DNA of 64,000 bases from Entomortierella parvispora E1425 (taxonomy: Eukaryota > Fungi > Mortierellomycota). This document shows positions 8,693 to 19,940 of the stretch, piece after piece. Where the stretch lies: assembly GCA_020891255.1 (NCBI GenBank), contig BQFW01000004.1, forward strand, positions 2,728,001 through 2,792,000. Reading direction: 5' to 3'. Position numbers and translations under genes: made by a program. Numbering within the stretch: position 1 is the first letter of the stretch; each line of letters begins with the position of its first letter. The notes below the pieces were generated by a model. The model searched no databases and was not told the origin of the DNA. It was given only the letters and a program-made list of their open reading frames with translations.

Positions 8693-11568
8693 TGTCGCTC
8701 TAACAGCTTCCACGGGGAACTTGGACTTGAAGGCACTGTTCCCTTCAGACTGGGATGTCAACGATGATGAATTCGAGGCCATGGTGACGGTATTTGATGA
8801 GCGGCCTTTTGGACAGGGCCACGACCTGACCCTTGCAACACCTCGCCATTCTCTCAACGCCAGTAATGAGCCTATGAACTCTTCAAAGATAGAAAACCTG
8901 GTGCAGAGTCTTCAGATGGAAGAGTCTGTACCAGACTCAACACATAGCGACCCATCTTCCCCCTCGGCTTCTTCGCCCCTGAGCTCTCCTGGAATCTCGC
9001 CTGCTGTGTCGTCATCCTCATCTTCCTCCAGTAGTCAATTCAGTGACAAGGAGGACTCTTTGGGATCAGATTCAACATCGAGTAGAAATCTCTCACGGCT
9101 GATTTTACGGTTCCTGCACGATTTGCCTGAAGCTTTGGTTCCTTCGGACGTTCTCTCAGCCCTCTCGAATGTGGTCCAGATGGAACTACTTCAGGATGGA
9201 GCAAAGACTCAGACGATGAAGCTATTGCTGCAAGCTCTGCCTGAAGAGCAGCAGCATCTACTCCAGTTCCTGCTCGAGCTTGTGGATGATCTCATCAGGA
9301 CTGTCAACGAGCTCAATTCGGCCACAGTCGAACAGTCTACATCTGAGGACGCGCCACCCTCGCCATCAGATCCTGAAATTGGTGACCCCGTTTCTACCTC
9401 CTGCGTGGATCGAATCTATGAGGTGCTTGGACTGGTGTCGACCCAACTCGACTCGAAAGCAATGGAGACAGAATCGACGAAACAAAGTTCCTCGTCGCTC
9501 TATAGACTTTACAAGGGCTGTATTGAAAGGAAAATAAGTCAAGACAAGATCGCGGCAGAGGCTAGTAACACAACAACGGTATTTCAATATCTTGTCCAGA
9601 ACCGAGCTCAGATCTTCCCTCGACAGCCACAAGCACAGCAAATGCCTGGTGGTCTCGATCAATGCGACACTATTGAAGCCAATTCTAAGAACAGTCAGGA
9701 CGAGGTCATTCTGGATAACGGATATCAGTCTGACAGCGCCCTTACAGAGCAGCGAAAACGGCTACAGCAACCCAAGGATGACGGATGGCGGATGCGACAA
9801 CACCGTACTGGTAGAAGACGAAGGCAAGGTGGTCTACCCCCCTTGATCACAGAGCACCATGGGGTTCTTCAAAAGACCAGTGCTGAAACTCCGTGCGACT
9901 CTGCTGTGGAGATTCGAAGTCAGGACCAGCTGGCTTTGGCGGTGCTGCAGGAGCATATGGCGAGGACTTTGCGCTCTCAGCGACATCTGCTCCATCCCTC
10001 CATGGCCACAATGCACTCCATCATAGCCGAGGGTCACTCGGACATTGGAGATCTTGCTGTTGAAACCTCGTCTCCAACAGACATTGCACAGATCCAAGAA
10101 GACGACGAGGAGGACGAACGGTCTAGCAAGGCAAAGAAGAGAGGCGAGATGGGGTTCATGGATTTTCTGCAGGAACCGTTGGACCCATTGCACGAGGAAC
10201 GCGAGATCCAGCTGGTCGAGAAGGAGATCCTTCAGTCAGGTAAAAACAAAGGTTTTAAAAAGACAAAAGTTGGTAGCACTGTGGTTTTTTTTTTTTTTTT
10301 TTTGTGTTCTCACCTGCAACAACCTTCTCCATGCTGCAGAGCTCACGTCGAAATTCTTGGCCTCCAACCTCGTCGGACTGTACCCTTCGAGTTCACCAAC
10401 TCCCATCCCAGCTATAATTTTGCCTTCGGCGCGCAACTCGATGCTGCACCCGAACAGTGCAAATGACATTTCGCAGCAAGAGGATAGCTGTATTTCAGGT
10501 ACTCGACGACAGTCTCGAGAACTTTTGCTCGCTCCTCAGGAACAGATCGTGCTGCCCGAGGACCATGTCGCGTCTGACGGCTGTACCTGCTCCTACTGCA
10601 CCACGTTGGTTCAGCCCAGCAAGGTCCCGGTGTTGTCGAAGGCCGAGTATGAACTGGCTGAGCTTCAGTCCCAGTGCAAGAGCAAAGATCAGCATGTGAC
10701 GGAACTCCTGAAGACAGTGCAGGGTCTCCAGGGTCAGGTCAACATTCTGAATGCAAAGTTGCTTTTCTTGCACGATCACCATACCACTCGGCCCATGCGA
10801 CGACGCACTCTGGCTCGCAATAGTTACCCGGTGCAACCAGCCATCAATGCCACCAACCACATGGAGTTGGATGGAGGCTCTCACCAGAGCTCAGTTGTCG
10901 CGCAGGACTCTGAACGCCTGCAGAGTAGTGGTAGTGCTGGTCACCGTGGCGCTCGTCTTACCACCTCTTCAATTACGACAGCATCCAGTTCCTCCCATGC
11001 CTCACGCTCACCCCTGTTCTTCGCGGAGGGCATCCGACTTTCGATTGAGTGCGAGAACCGACTCGACCCAAGCAACCCCCCAGACCTGCTACATATGCTG
11101 GACGACGACGAAACCATGTCGTTCTTGGATCTCGACGACGGCAGACCTCCACCACCCGTCACGAAACAACAGCGACATTGGTCACTGAATGGCGGCCATC
11201 CCTCTCAAAGCGGTCTGATACGGTACAATACTACCGGTGGCATTGGCTATGTCCCCACAAGCAATCGAATCCCAAGATACGAATCCGAGCTCGAGAGAGC
11301 GCTGCGGGATGTGGAGGAGGTGGAGGAGGAACCAGAACGGGAGGGGGAAGACTTGCTGGACGAGTTTTATTACAAGGACGCGTACAAGACCATGGACCAA
11401 CAACTCTACCGCCGACCTGTTCTCCCGGTGGCAGCCCCTCCTCGACCCATGTCTGCGGATCAGTACAAGAAGCACCATCGTATGAGTCTACCTATCCAGA
11501 GTTTGATGAGCAAGAGGATCAGTCTCCGGGAGACCTTCCGATGGAAGGGTAAACCCGCTGTTGCGTAA
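7913..11568 (+). CDS. Large RhoGAP-domain protein (Sac7/Bag7-like fold, degenerate) with C-terminal coiled coil; about 4 exons
   Basis: Introns 8313-8455, 8582-8706 and about 10240-10340. VPLALYYVAEELRSR...FDERPFGQGHDL...LSRLILRFLHDLPEALVP...LLQALPEEQQHLLQFLLELV resembles the RhoGAP helices; coiled coil ELAELQSQCKSKDQHVTELLKTVQGLQGQV. Confidence 0.7.
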
Positions 11569-11688
11569 ACGATCCCTTCCCTCCCCTTCATTCTACCTCC
11601 CTCCCACTCCCCCTAATAAACATATTCTTCTTGAAACATGAAAACGGGATGGTTTTGCGGGTTAATATGCTTTTTTATTTTATTTTTA

Positions 11689-13056
11689 TTATGAGTGTTC
11701 GCCTGGAGGTCGCCCGCAACTACTGGAGGCACCAGCATCCAGAGCCTCCTCATAAGTCGGTGGGAAATCAGACCGAGAGGACGATGAAGGCGGGGTAGGA
11801 GAGGCCTTTGTCTGGGGCGGTGAAGCGATGGGTCGAGTGTAGGTGGTGAGAGGATGTAGAAACATGTGAGAGGGGATCAATGGATTGGGCGGCTGGTATT
11901 CCGGGCTCTCTGGCATCAAGCTCTTTTCTGAACTCCTTCTCCGGGAAGGGGTTGAGGAATCCAAGCTCTCCATGGCGCCGGCTCGCCACAGGGGCCTTGA
12001 TCCCGAGGATGTGCTGGCTGCAGCTGCAGCAGTAGCAGAGGCATAAGGAGAATCGGTGTTGTCCTGTTGCCCTGAAAACGAGGGAGCGTAGTCCTCGTGT
12101 CTCGGGATGGAGGATTCTGAATTTGTTGGTGAAGTCAAGGTGATGATAGGGAAGCCATCCGCAGACCGTTCCTTCATGGTCGAAGGCCCGCCTTCAGACC
12201 AGTAATAGCCATCCGAAGACGACGTTGTGGAGATGGGTCTCTTTTGGAGCGTGCGGTCCTCGGCAGGTTTGGCTCTCTGAGGATGTAGATAAATCGCCCG
12301 AAGACTAGATTGTCGTTGGGCAGGCGCCTTTTGACTGGCTCTCCTCGAGAAGAAGCGCACTAGACTGAATCCAGAGGAGGAAGGGGACTCTGATAGAGAG
12401 GTGTTGCTATTGTTGTTATTTGAGTTGTGTTGAGTGGAGGTGGCCGATGTCATCCAGGGTATTGATGATGAAGAGGACGGGGAACCAGCAGAGGGGTGAA
12501 GAGTGGAGAGATTGGAGAGGGGGAGATCCATGGGTATTGAGATAGAAGCCATTGGTACTGTCGTTGTTGAAGCTGCAGCGGCTGTTGATGTTATTGCTGA
12601 TGAAGGCGGGTGTGGTGAAGAAGGAGAGGAGAAGGGTCGTATTGAGTTTACACCTGAAGCGACAGTGGTGGAGAATAAGGAAGTGGAGGAGAGTTGGTGT
12701 TGCTGTTGTTGATGGTGTTGATGGTGTTGCTGAAGGGGATGGTGCAGCAGCTCTGTCATAGGCGCGAGGGGTGGGGGGTGTGAGTGGGAAGAGGAAGAGG
12801 ACATGGACAGCGATAGCGACGGGGACCGGGAGACGCGTTGTTGCTGCTGCTGTAGCTGCTGTAGTTGTTGTCGCTGGTCCCTGAGCCGGAGGAAACGGCG
12901 CGCGAAACAGAGGCAGACGCCGACGAGGACGAGGGCGAGAGCAGCACCGAGGAGGATGGCGAGGATATGTTCAGAGTTCGAGTGCGGATGCATGTCTGAA
13001 GAGAGGGATGCAGGGGCAGAGGGATGCTGCAGGGACACGCTGTCGTCAACGGCCAT
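11689..13056 (-). CDS. Single-pass membrane protein with S/Q/H-rich disordered tail and C-terminal PPxY motif, 455 aa
   Basis: One hydrophobic segment ILAILLGAALALVLVGVCLCF followed by ARRFLRLR; FPPTYEEALD near the C-terminus; long uninterrupted ORF. Confidence 0.75.
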   Translation of the reverse strand: MAVDDSVSLQHPSAPASLSSDMHPHSNSEHILAILLGAALALVLVGVCLCFARRFLRLRDQRQQLQQLQQQQQRVSRSPSLSLSMSSSSSHSHPPPLAPMTELLHHPLQQHHQHHQQQQHQLSSTSLFSTTVASGVNSIRPFSSPSSPHPPSSAITSTAAAASTTTVPMASISIPMDLPLSNLSTLHPSAGSPSSSSSIPWMTSATSTQHNSNNNNSNTSLSESPSSSGFSLVRFFSRRASQKAPAQRQSSLRAIYLHPQRAKPAEDRTLQKRPISTTSSSDGYYWSEGGPSTMKERSADGFPIITLTSPTNSESSIPRHEDYAPSFSGQQDNTDSPYASATAAAAASTSSGSRPLWRAGAMESLDSSTPSRRRSSEKSLMPESPEYQPPNPLIPSHMFLHPLTTYTRPIASPPQTKASPTPPSSSSRSDFPPTYEEALDAGASSSCGRPPGEHS

Positions 13057-13209
13057 TGCGATGATACAATGGGCAGAATGAATGAATCAATGATGACAGA
13101 GGGGAATGGGCGACGAGAAAGAGACGAGAAGGAAGAGACGATGGCAAGAAGGAAAAAGAAAAGAGGGGAGAGGAAGGAATGAAAACAAACAAAATAAAGA
13201 GAAGCGACA

Positions 13210-13625
13210 AGCATGCATGCACATGCACATGCACATGCACCAGAGTCGAGAAAGGAAGTGAGCGTGCGTTGCGTGGTGCGGTGTGGTGTGGAGTGGTGTG
13301 GGTGTGGTCATAGTCCATCCGTCCGTGGTCCATCGGTCAGTCAGTTGGTCGTTTTTCGACCAGTCAATCCGCCCGCCAGTCAGCCCGCCCGTCAGCCATT
13401 CACATCCATAAAAAAAAAATAAAAAAAAAAAAAAAAAAAAGAGGTCCTGTCTGTCGGGGTCTCTTTCACCCACCCGCCCACTGCCCACTGCCCACTGCCC
13501 ACCGCCCACCGCCCACCGCCCATCCATCCAATCCAGCCCTTTTCGGACCTCTCCCACGGACACTCAAGAATTGACTCCACGACTCACTCCACTCACTCCA
13601 CTCACTCACTCACTCACTCACTCGC
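13210..13625. repeat. Cluster of simple repeats: (GCACAT)n, GTG/GTGGT runs, A-tract of about 30 nt, (CACTGCC)/(CACCGCC) heptamers, (ACTC/ACTCC)n
   Basis: Read directly in the divergent intergenic region between the PY-motif gene and the carrier gene. Confidence 0.9.
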
Positions 13626-13748
13626 TCGTCTCTCTTCTGACTCAGATCTCACTTCTCTTTCTCCATTCTGAATCCCAAACTACATCCTTCCTTCCCTCTC
13701 CCCCCACCTCCCCTCCTTCCTTCACCCTCATCCTCACCCTCATTCATC

Positions 13749-15607
13749 ATGGCTGTCTCTTCTTCCCCCTCCCAGGACCAGTCGACCTCTCCCAGCACCA
13801 GCAAGTAAACACAAACACCAATAAAAAATATTTGCCAACCCAGCAACTTGCCCCTCCCTCCACAATACCCTTGCCGTCGAGTCCCCCGTCGCTGTCATGC
13901 CCTGGTCATCCCATCATCATCTTTCTGACTTTACCAACCTAATCATTCTCTTCCTCACCATCTAGATTTGTCTCAAAACTCGGCGCGGGTGCTGTCGCCG
14001 GCATTGTTGGCGTGCTAATCGTATACCCACTCGACATGGTCAAGACAAGGTCAGCGGCGGACCCTTTTTTCTTTTTTTTTTTCTTTTTTTGGCCCTTGTG
14101 CCCCTGTCGGACCTGAATGGATCAAAACAATACCCATTCTGGAAAAACTAACCTTTCCCCCAACCCCACTGTCTCTTGTTTATTGTAGATTGCAAAATCA
14201 GAAAAAAGACGCCTTGGGCAGACTTCAGTACAAAGGAGGGTAGGTCCCTGATGACATGTCTCGGATTTCCAGGAACAAATTGATCAGGGGACCATGACTT
14301 GATCCAGCAAGAGAAAAGGACAAAGCGACCAACTGTGCAAGACGTCAACCTCGTCATCGGAAAGGATGGAAACGTTAGAGCCTCGGCGTCGATCTGGATC
14401 AAAAGCGCAGACATTCAATCTCGTTGATCTCGAGAGCTGTTTTGGGCTCAGGGAGGGGTTTTTTTTATCCACATTGGTCCACTCAGAACCAGCGTACCTG
14501 TCCGCTGACCACAATTTCGATTTCAAACTCATAGAATCGATTGCTTCAAGCAGGTCATTGCCAAGGAGGGTGCTCGCGGTCTCTACCGCGGAATTGTGCC
14601 AAACTTGGTTGGAATCACGCCAGAAAAGGCCATCAAGCTCGCTGTCAATGACTTTTCCCGCGAGTACTGGGCTGCACGAACAAACGTTTCAGAAGACAAG
14701 TTGGCGATCCACTATGGAATGCTTTCCGGTGCCACCGCTGGTCTCTGTCAAGTCATTGCTACAAACCCCATGGAGATTGTAAAAATTCAGATGCAGGTCG
14801 CCGGCAGTCAAAAACTGGAGGCTGGTGCCAAGCGTCCAACTGCAATGGATATTGTCAGATCTCTTGGACTGAGGGGTTTGTATCGCGGTACCCCAGCCAC
14901 CTTGATGAGGTGAGTCAGTCACTCTGTAATTGTCGCCACCGTTGATCTTCGGCCATGTTCATGTCCACTCACAACCCGTTCTTTTGACTCTTGTAGAGAC
15001 GTGCCATTCTCAATCATGTTCTTCCCTCTCAACTCATACCTTAAACTCAAGGGAGCCGATAAGGATGGCAAGACCTCGTTCTCCGTGATCCTGGGAGCAG
15101 GTCTCGTTGCCGGAGTCATTGCTGCATCGGCAGTAACCCCTGCAGATGGTAAGTCAGGAAAGGTCTCTTGCTCGATTCTGTCCCTTCATGATAAAGTCAA
15201 TTAACCACCAACGCTTCTTTTAACTCATGATCAGTTATCAAGACGAGACTTCAGGTGGCGACCAAACCAGGAGAGCCCGCATTCCGCGGTATTGCTGATT
15301 GCTTCCAACACATTGTCCGGAATGAGGGTGTCGCTGCTTTGTTCAAGGGTGTTGTCCCAAGATCGCTTATTGTCGCTGTAAGTTGGACACTCTTTTTTTT
15401 TTTTTTTTTGCTCAAAGATGCCATCTTATATTGCGATTCCACATATCTGACTTTGTTTTCTCCTCTACTTGACTTTAGCCTATGTTTGCCATTGCCTTGT
15501 TCGTTTATGAACTGCAACAACGTTTCCTAGGACCAGTCTCGGCCGAGGTTGGATCCACCCACACGATCACCAGCTCACCAGTGCTGATGCTCACAGAAAG
15601 GAGATAA
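13749..15607 (+). CDS. Mitochondrial carrier, glutamate / aspartate-glutamate subfamily (no EF-hand extension), multi-exon
   Basis: Three PxDxxK/R signatures (YPLDMVKTR, NPMEIVKIQMQ, TPADVIKTRLQ), subfamily motif ITPEKAIKLAVND, RDVPFS; last exon PMFAIALFVYELQQRF...ERR*. Confidence 0.92.
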
Positions 15608-15774
15608 TTCAGTAATTGCCTGTCTAAAAAATAGAGAATAAAATAGATTAAGGGGTCTGGACCCTGCGCGAAGCCTTTTTTTTTCCCTTGGAACTTGGAG
15701 TGTGCCTGTACATGTATCCATGCATTGATCTACCCCCCTCTGCCTCGTTAATTCACTCGGATTCATTTAAAGCC

Positions 15775-18700
15775 ATGCATTCCTCTCGGAGGACAGGATC
15801 GAACATCTCTAGTGCTCGCTCACGACATTCTGGTAAACGCCCTATCCAAGATCGACCAGGATGGTTCGAGACCATTGTTCATCGACCCATTCGTGTTCAG
15901 TGCTGGGCTTGCTTTCAATGCGCCTGGCTCCATCGAGGTCAAAAGGATGCAACCCCAAGTGATTGGACTTGTCCTCATTGCCTAACTCGCCAAAAAAGGG
16001 ACCAGGTGGGCTACAATGATGGATTCTAAGCATTTCATGTATACTCGTCATTATGATTCCTAACCAATCACGACAATTCTTTGCCTGTCAGGACGGAAAT
16101 ATATTGCCATTACCAGAGATGTTTGACGGGACCTTGAATGAAGATACGGCGGATCGAATTGGTAGGTTAATGGGAAGGGTTTATTGCTCTCAAGGATCGA
16201 TCGTGTACTGATACCTATCGTTCTCTTATCCACACATGCAGCTCATAGCCGTCTTTCTCGATTCAGGAAGCAGACCCATGCCAAGGATGATGGCACACAG
16301 GATGAAGTCTTTTGTGATACCTGCAGAGGACACCAGCGTGTTGTGTACCAACTCCTCAGCAATTACATACCTGACGAAGATGTACGTTCAAAGGTAGCTT
16401 TTCTATCTTTTGTACATGGACAGCTTTACTAAAAAACCCCATTTTATGGGACCTTAGGACGACAATTACCAAGCATTTTACGACGATGCTGATGGATACA
16501 GACAAAGAGTCGAGGAACGTTACCCCGTCGCCTGTGCAGCATGTGCTGAAAAAGTGCAGGGAATACTGAGTCGCCAAAACTACAAGTTCAAATCGTCGCT
16601 TTTGAACAGCACTCTCAGCAAGAGTCGAGGCGACTCTATTCGACCCACTCGAAAGTATCCTAAACTTTCTTGGATCTTTCTTGGTGCCTGTTGGGCTGGA
16701 TCTCAATTAGCATGGTTCTTCATCGAACTTGAAGGTATGTAAAATCGTGTGTGTCTGATAACTCTGTCATTTCGACTTTTGATCACCAACCGCTGGCTTC
16801 TCGGATTTAGGACTTTATACCCGGCAACCGCTATTGAACGCCCAGGAAATAAGAAGAGGCGATATCGCTCGGGCATTCTCAAAATCCTTGGCATTATTAT
16901 CTTGGCCAGGATTCATGGACCTTAGGAAACTTTCTGTGAATATGACAGATCATGAGAAATCGGTCATGCTTATTGCCGTTCTCTTGACGACTTCATTGGC
17001 AGGCCTCTTTTGGGACCGAACCCTTGGTGCAATTCAGGTGTCGCCTCGGAGGAACGTCAGGATACAGTGGTTTTATTCATGGAGCCGACTAGGTGCTGCG
17101 TTGTTGCTGTCTCTGCAACTAGCAGTCCTTGCAGGATTGCTCTCGACGGGCTACAATCTACAAGCCCTCGGGTTTACCTTGCTGCTCCATGCCCTCTGTA
17201 TACTAGCCTTTATCCAGGGCAAGACGATTCACGAAAGCCCAGAGGTTGATATCAGGTACTCTGGCTCTCCAAGGACCACTAGTCATCAAAGCATGGAACA
17301 AGACATCAAAAGAGACGGATCTAAGGTATGTTGTAGAAGCAAGGGGTGCCTGTTCATTTGTTTTTCTTCATTTCACATCGTGTTATGGTGAGTAATCGTA
17401 AAAAAAAATGCTATTCACCAGGTTACCGCTGGATCATTTGGTCAGGAGTCGCCAAGACCTCAACCCCAGGTCTTCCGTTCTTCGACGGATCCCTTTCTGG
17501 AAAGGCCGGAATCACCAAGTTGGCAACATGAGGAACGCTTGGGTCTTGGATCGGATGTGAATACCCTTCGGTGGTCTCCTGCAAAGCCAGTAGATTCAGC
17601 CAGGTCGTCGACACAGTTTGGGATGTATAGAGAACCTAGGCAGTCGTCAGGCTTCAGGGAACGGTCAGAAGGCTCCGACCCCTACGCTACAGCAGGACTT
17701 TCGCGTGCACATTCGGCGCCATTGACAAGCTCCGGTACTACAGACAATCGCTTTCGCTCTCGCGCCTATGAGCCGTCTCCACTCGCCAACCCATCTGTCA
17801 TCACAAGCATGGGCCTCTCAAGCATGTCTTTGGGAAGTTTTTTCGGCTTTCCTTCAGCAAAATTCCAACCACCCGAAAATCTTTTCGCTCACCGCTCTGC
17901 ATCTGGAGAAACCGGAACTAAGACAGACGTTTGGTCGTATCGCAAGCAAGGTGACTCTGGGTTCTCAGGAGCGTCCTCGACACAAGCAAACCGCCGCCGT
18001 CCATTGGTGGATGATGACGATGACCGCCACTCCTTCAAGGATCGCACGATGGACATGGATGAGGATAATGATCTTTCTTGGACATTTGGAAGCTCGTCAA
18101 GAATTGGAGAGAACAGCAAGTCGTATGCAGGTCGAGGTGCGATTGCACCTCAACGATATTTCCCCCCAGAGCCTGAGACTGGTCTGGAGGACAATTTCTT
18201 TGGCGTAGTCAAGATTGTCGACGACTACTTGCCACCTGCTTCAGAGCCACGGACAATAGCAGCAAGGAATCTGATGCTTAAAAAACGCATGGCCCGACGC
18301 TGGCTCGTTTTGGCAGTGGTGTGCCGGCTTGCGCCTCTCTGGATGGTAAGTTTCTCTTTAAGATAACCTGGATTGTACTACAAACGTGTTGCAAACTCTC
18401 TAAACGCCCTGTCTTCCTGGCTTTTTAGGACAATTCGAGTTGGGGGGCTCAGCTGAGTACCGCCTGTACATGCGGCTTTGTTGCCGTCCTAGCTCACGCG
18501 ACCGCATTTTGGGTTCTTGATGAGTACCGCGCCTTCATGGGATGGAATGCAAAATCTGTCGAGCCCGCAGACAAAAAGAAAGTGGCTGATCCCTTCGCGC
18601 CTACATCAACCGATGTTCTCCTTTCCGTAAGTTTTCAATGACCAGCAGTTTTGTAGTGAATGTCTGCGCCCCAAACTTACATATCATTGCATTGATCCGC

Positions 18701-18993
18701 TATAGAACATCCTCTTGATTCTTTTGATAACGCGAATCTTAAACGTTGGTTGGATTGCACTGGTACGTGGGACAACGTCCGAGGAGGAGAATGTTCTCAG
18801 CTGTATTCTCATGGCAGTTCAATGGATTTGGCCATGGTCGATGGACTCTACTCGTGCCGCAGTTGCGGCTCGTGTGGCTGGCTGGATCCATGACGGCTTA
18901 ATCCTGACGTTGCTGCTTGTACTTGTTGCCACGGGGGCCAAAATGACTGGTGAGAGCGCTCGATCAAAACTTCACAGCCGACAGAAACACTGA
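15775..18993 (+). CDS. IMA1: Ima1 inner nuclear membrane protein (Ima1_N Cys-rich domain, TM segments), multi-exon
   Basis: VQCWACFQ...WTCPHC, VFCDTCRGHQRVVYQLLSNYIPDED, YPVACAAC, hydrophobic segments, and YFPPEPETGLEDNFF motif. Confidence 0.82.
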
Positions 18994-19194
18994 GAACAAG
19001 ATCAACAGTAATAAAAAAAACACATAGTATACTTGCATAGAAATAGAACATACCCCTTCAAAGGGGCCATGAAAACCGCAGTAAATTTCTGAAATACGCG
19101 CCTTCCTACAAAACGAATAAGATCTCCAACCATTTCTCCTTACACCGAACCAAACTCCCTTCACCTTGTCCTATCCTTCCCACCTCTCGCACCA

Positions 19195-19686
19195 ATGACT
19201 GACCACCGTGCCATCAATGAAGAGCAATACAACTTTCAATTCGAAGGCGCCTCTGCTGGCGCGTCCTTGACAGTTCCCATGCAGTGCTCTGCTCTTCGAA
19301 AGAGCGGACACGTTCTCATTGACGGCCGTCCTTGCAAGATTGTCGAGCTTTCCACTGCCAAACCAGGAAAACACGGTCACGCCAAGGTCCACTTGATCGC
19401 CTTGGACATCTTCACAGGCAAAAAGCTCGACATCATTTCGCCTGCCACCCACAACGTGGACGTTCCGGTGGTTGTACGCCACGAGTATGTTGTTCAGGAC
19501 ATTGACGACGGGTTCTTGAGCCTGTTGACGGAGACGGGGATCCCAAAGGATGACGTCAAGATGCCGGTGGGAGAACTTGGTGATAGACTCCGAGAGGACT
19601 TTATGAAAGAGAAGGACCTTGTCGTGATGGTTGTCACGGCAATGGGTGAGCAGGCGGTGGTGTCTTTCAGGGAGGCGTCGCGCTGA
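19195..19686 (+). CDS. eIF5A: Translation factor eIF5A, divergent intronless copy, 163 aa
   Basis: PMQCSALRK, GRPCKIVELSTAKPGKHGHAKVHL, DIFTGKK, DIDDGFLSL, AMGEQ. Confidence 0.95.
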   Translation: MTDHRAINEEQYNFQFEGASAGASLTVPMQCSALRKSGHVLIDGRPCKIVELSTAKPGKHGHAKVHLIALDIFTGKKLDIISPATHNVDVPVVVRHEYVVQDIDDGFLSLLTETGIPKDDVKMPVGELGDRLREDFMKEKDLVVMVVTAMGEQAVVSFREASR

Positions 19687-19940
19687 GATCTGGGAATAGA
19701 AACAAATCAAGTATTTTTTTCTTGAATAAAATTTCTGGCCATTTCATTGGCTCGCGGTCCTCCGCATTTTTGTCCTTGGCAGGTTGACACGCATGGTTCG
19801 AAAGAACACAGCTTTTTTTTGCTCATCATCTACATTCATCGCCCACAACTCTTCTCGGGACCAAGCAAACGTTGGCGCTCATCCTCCTCAGACCACACTT
19901 GAATTTCACCTCAAAGGAATAAGCACGCGGGTCGTTGTAC

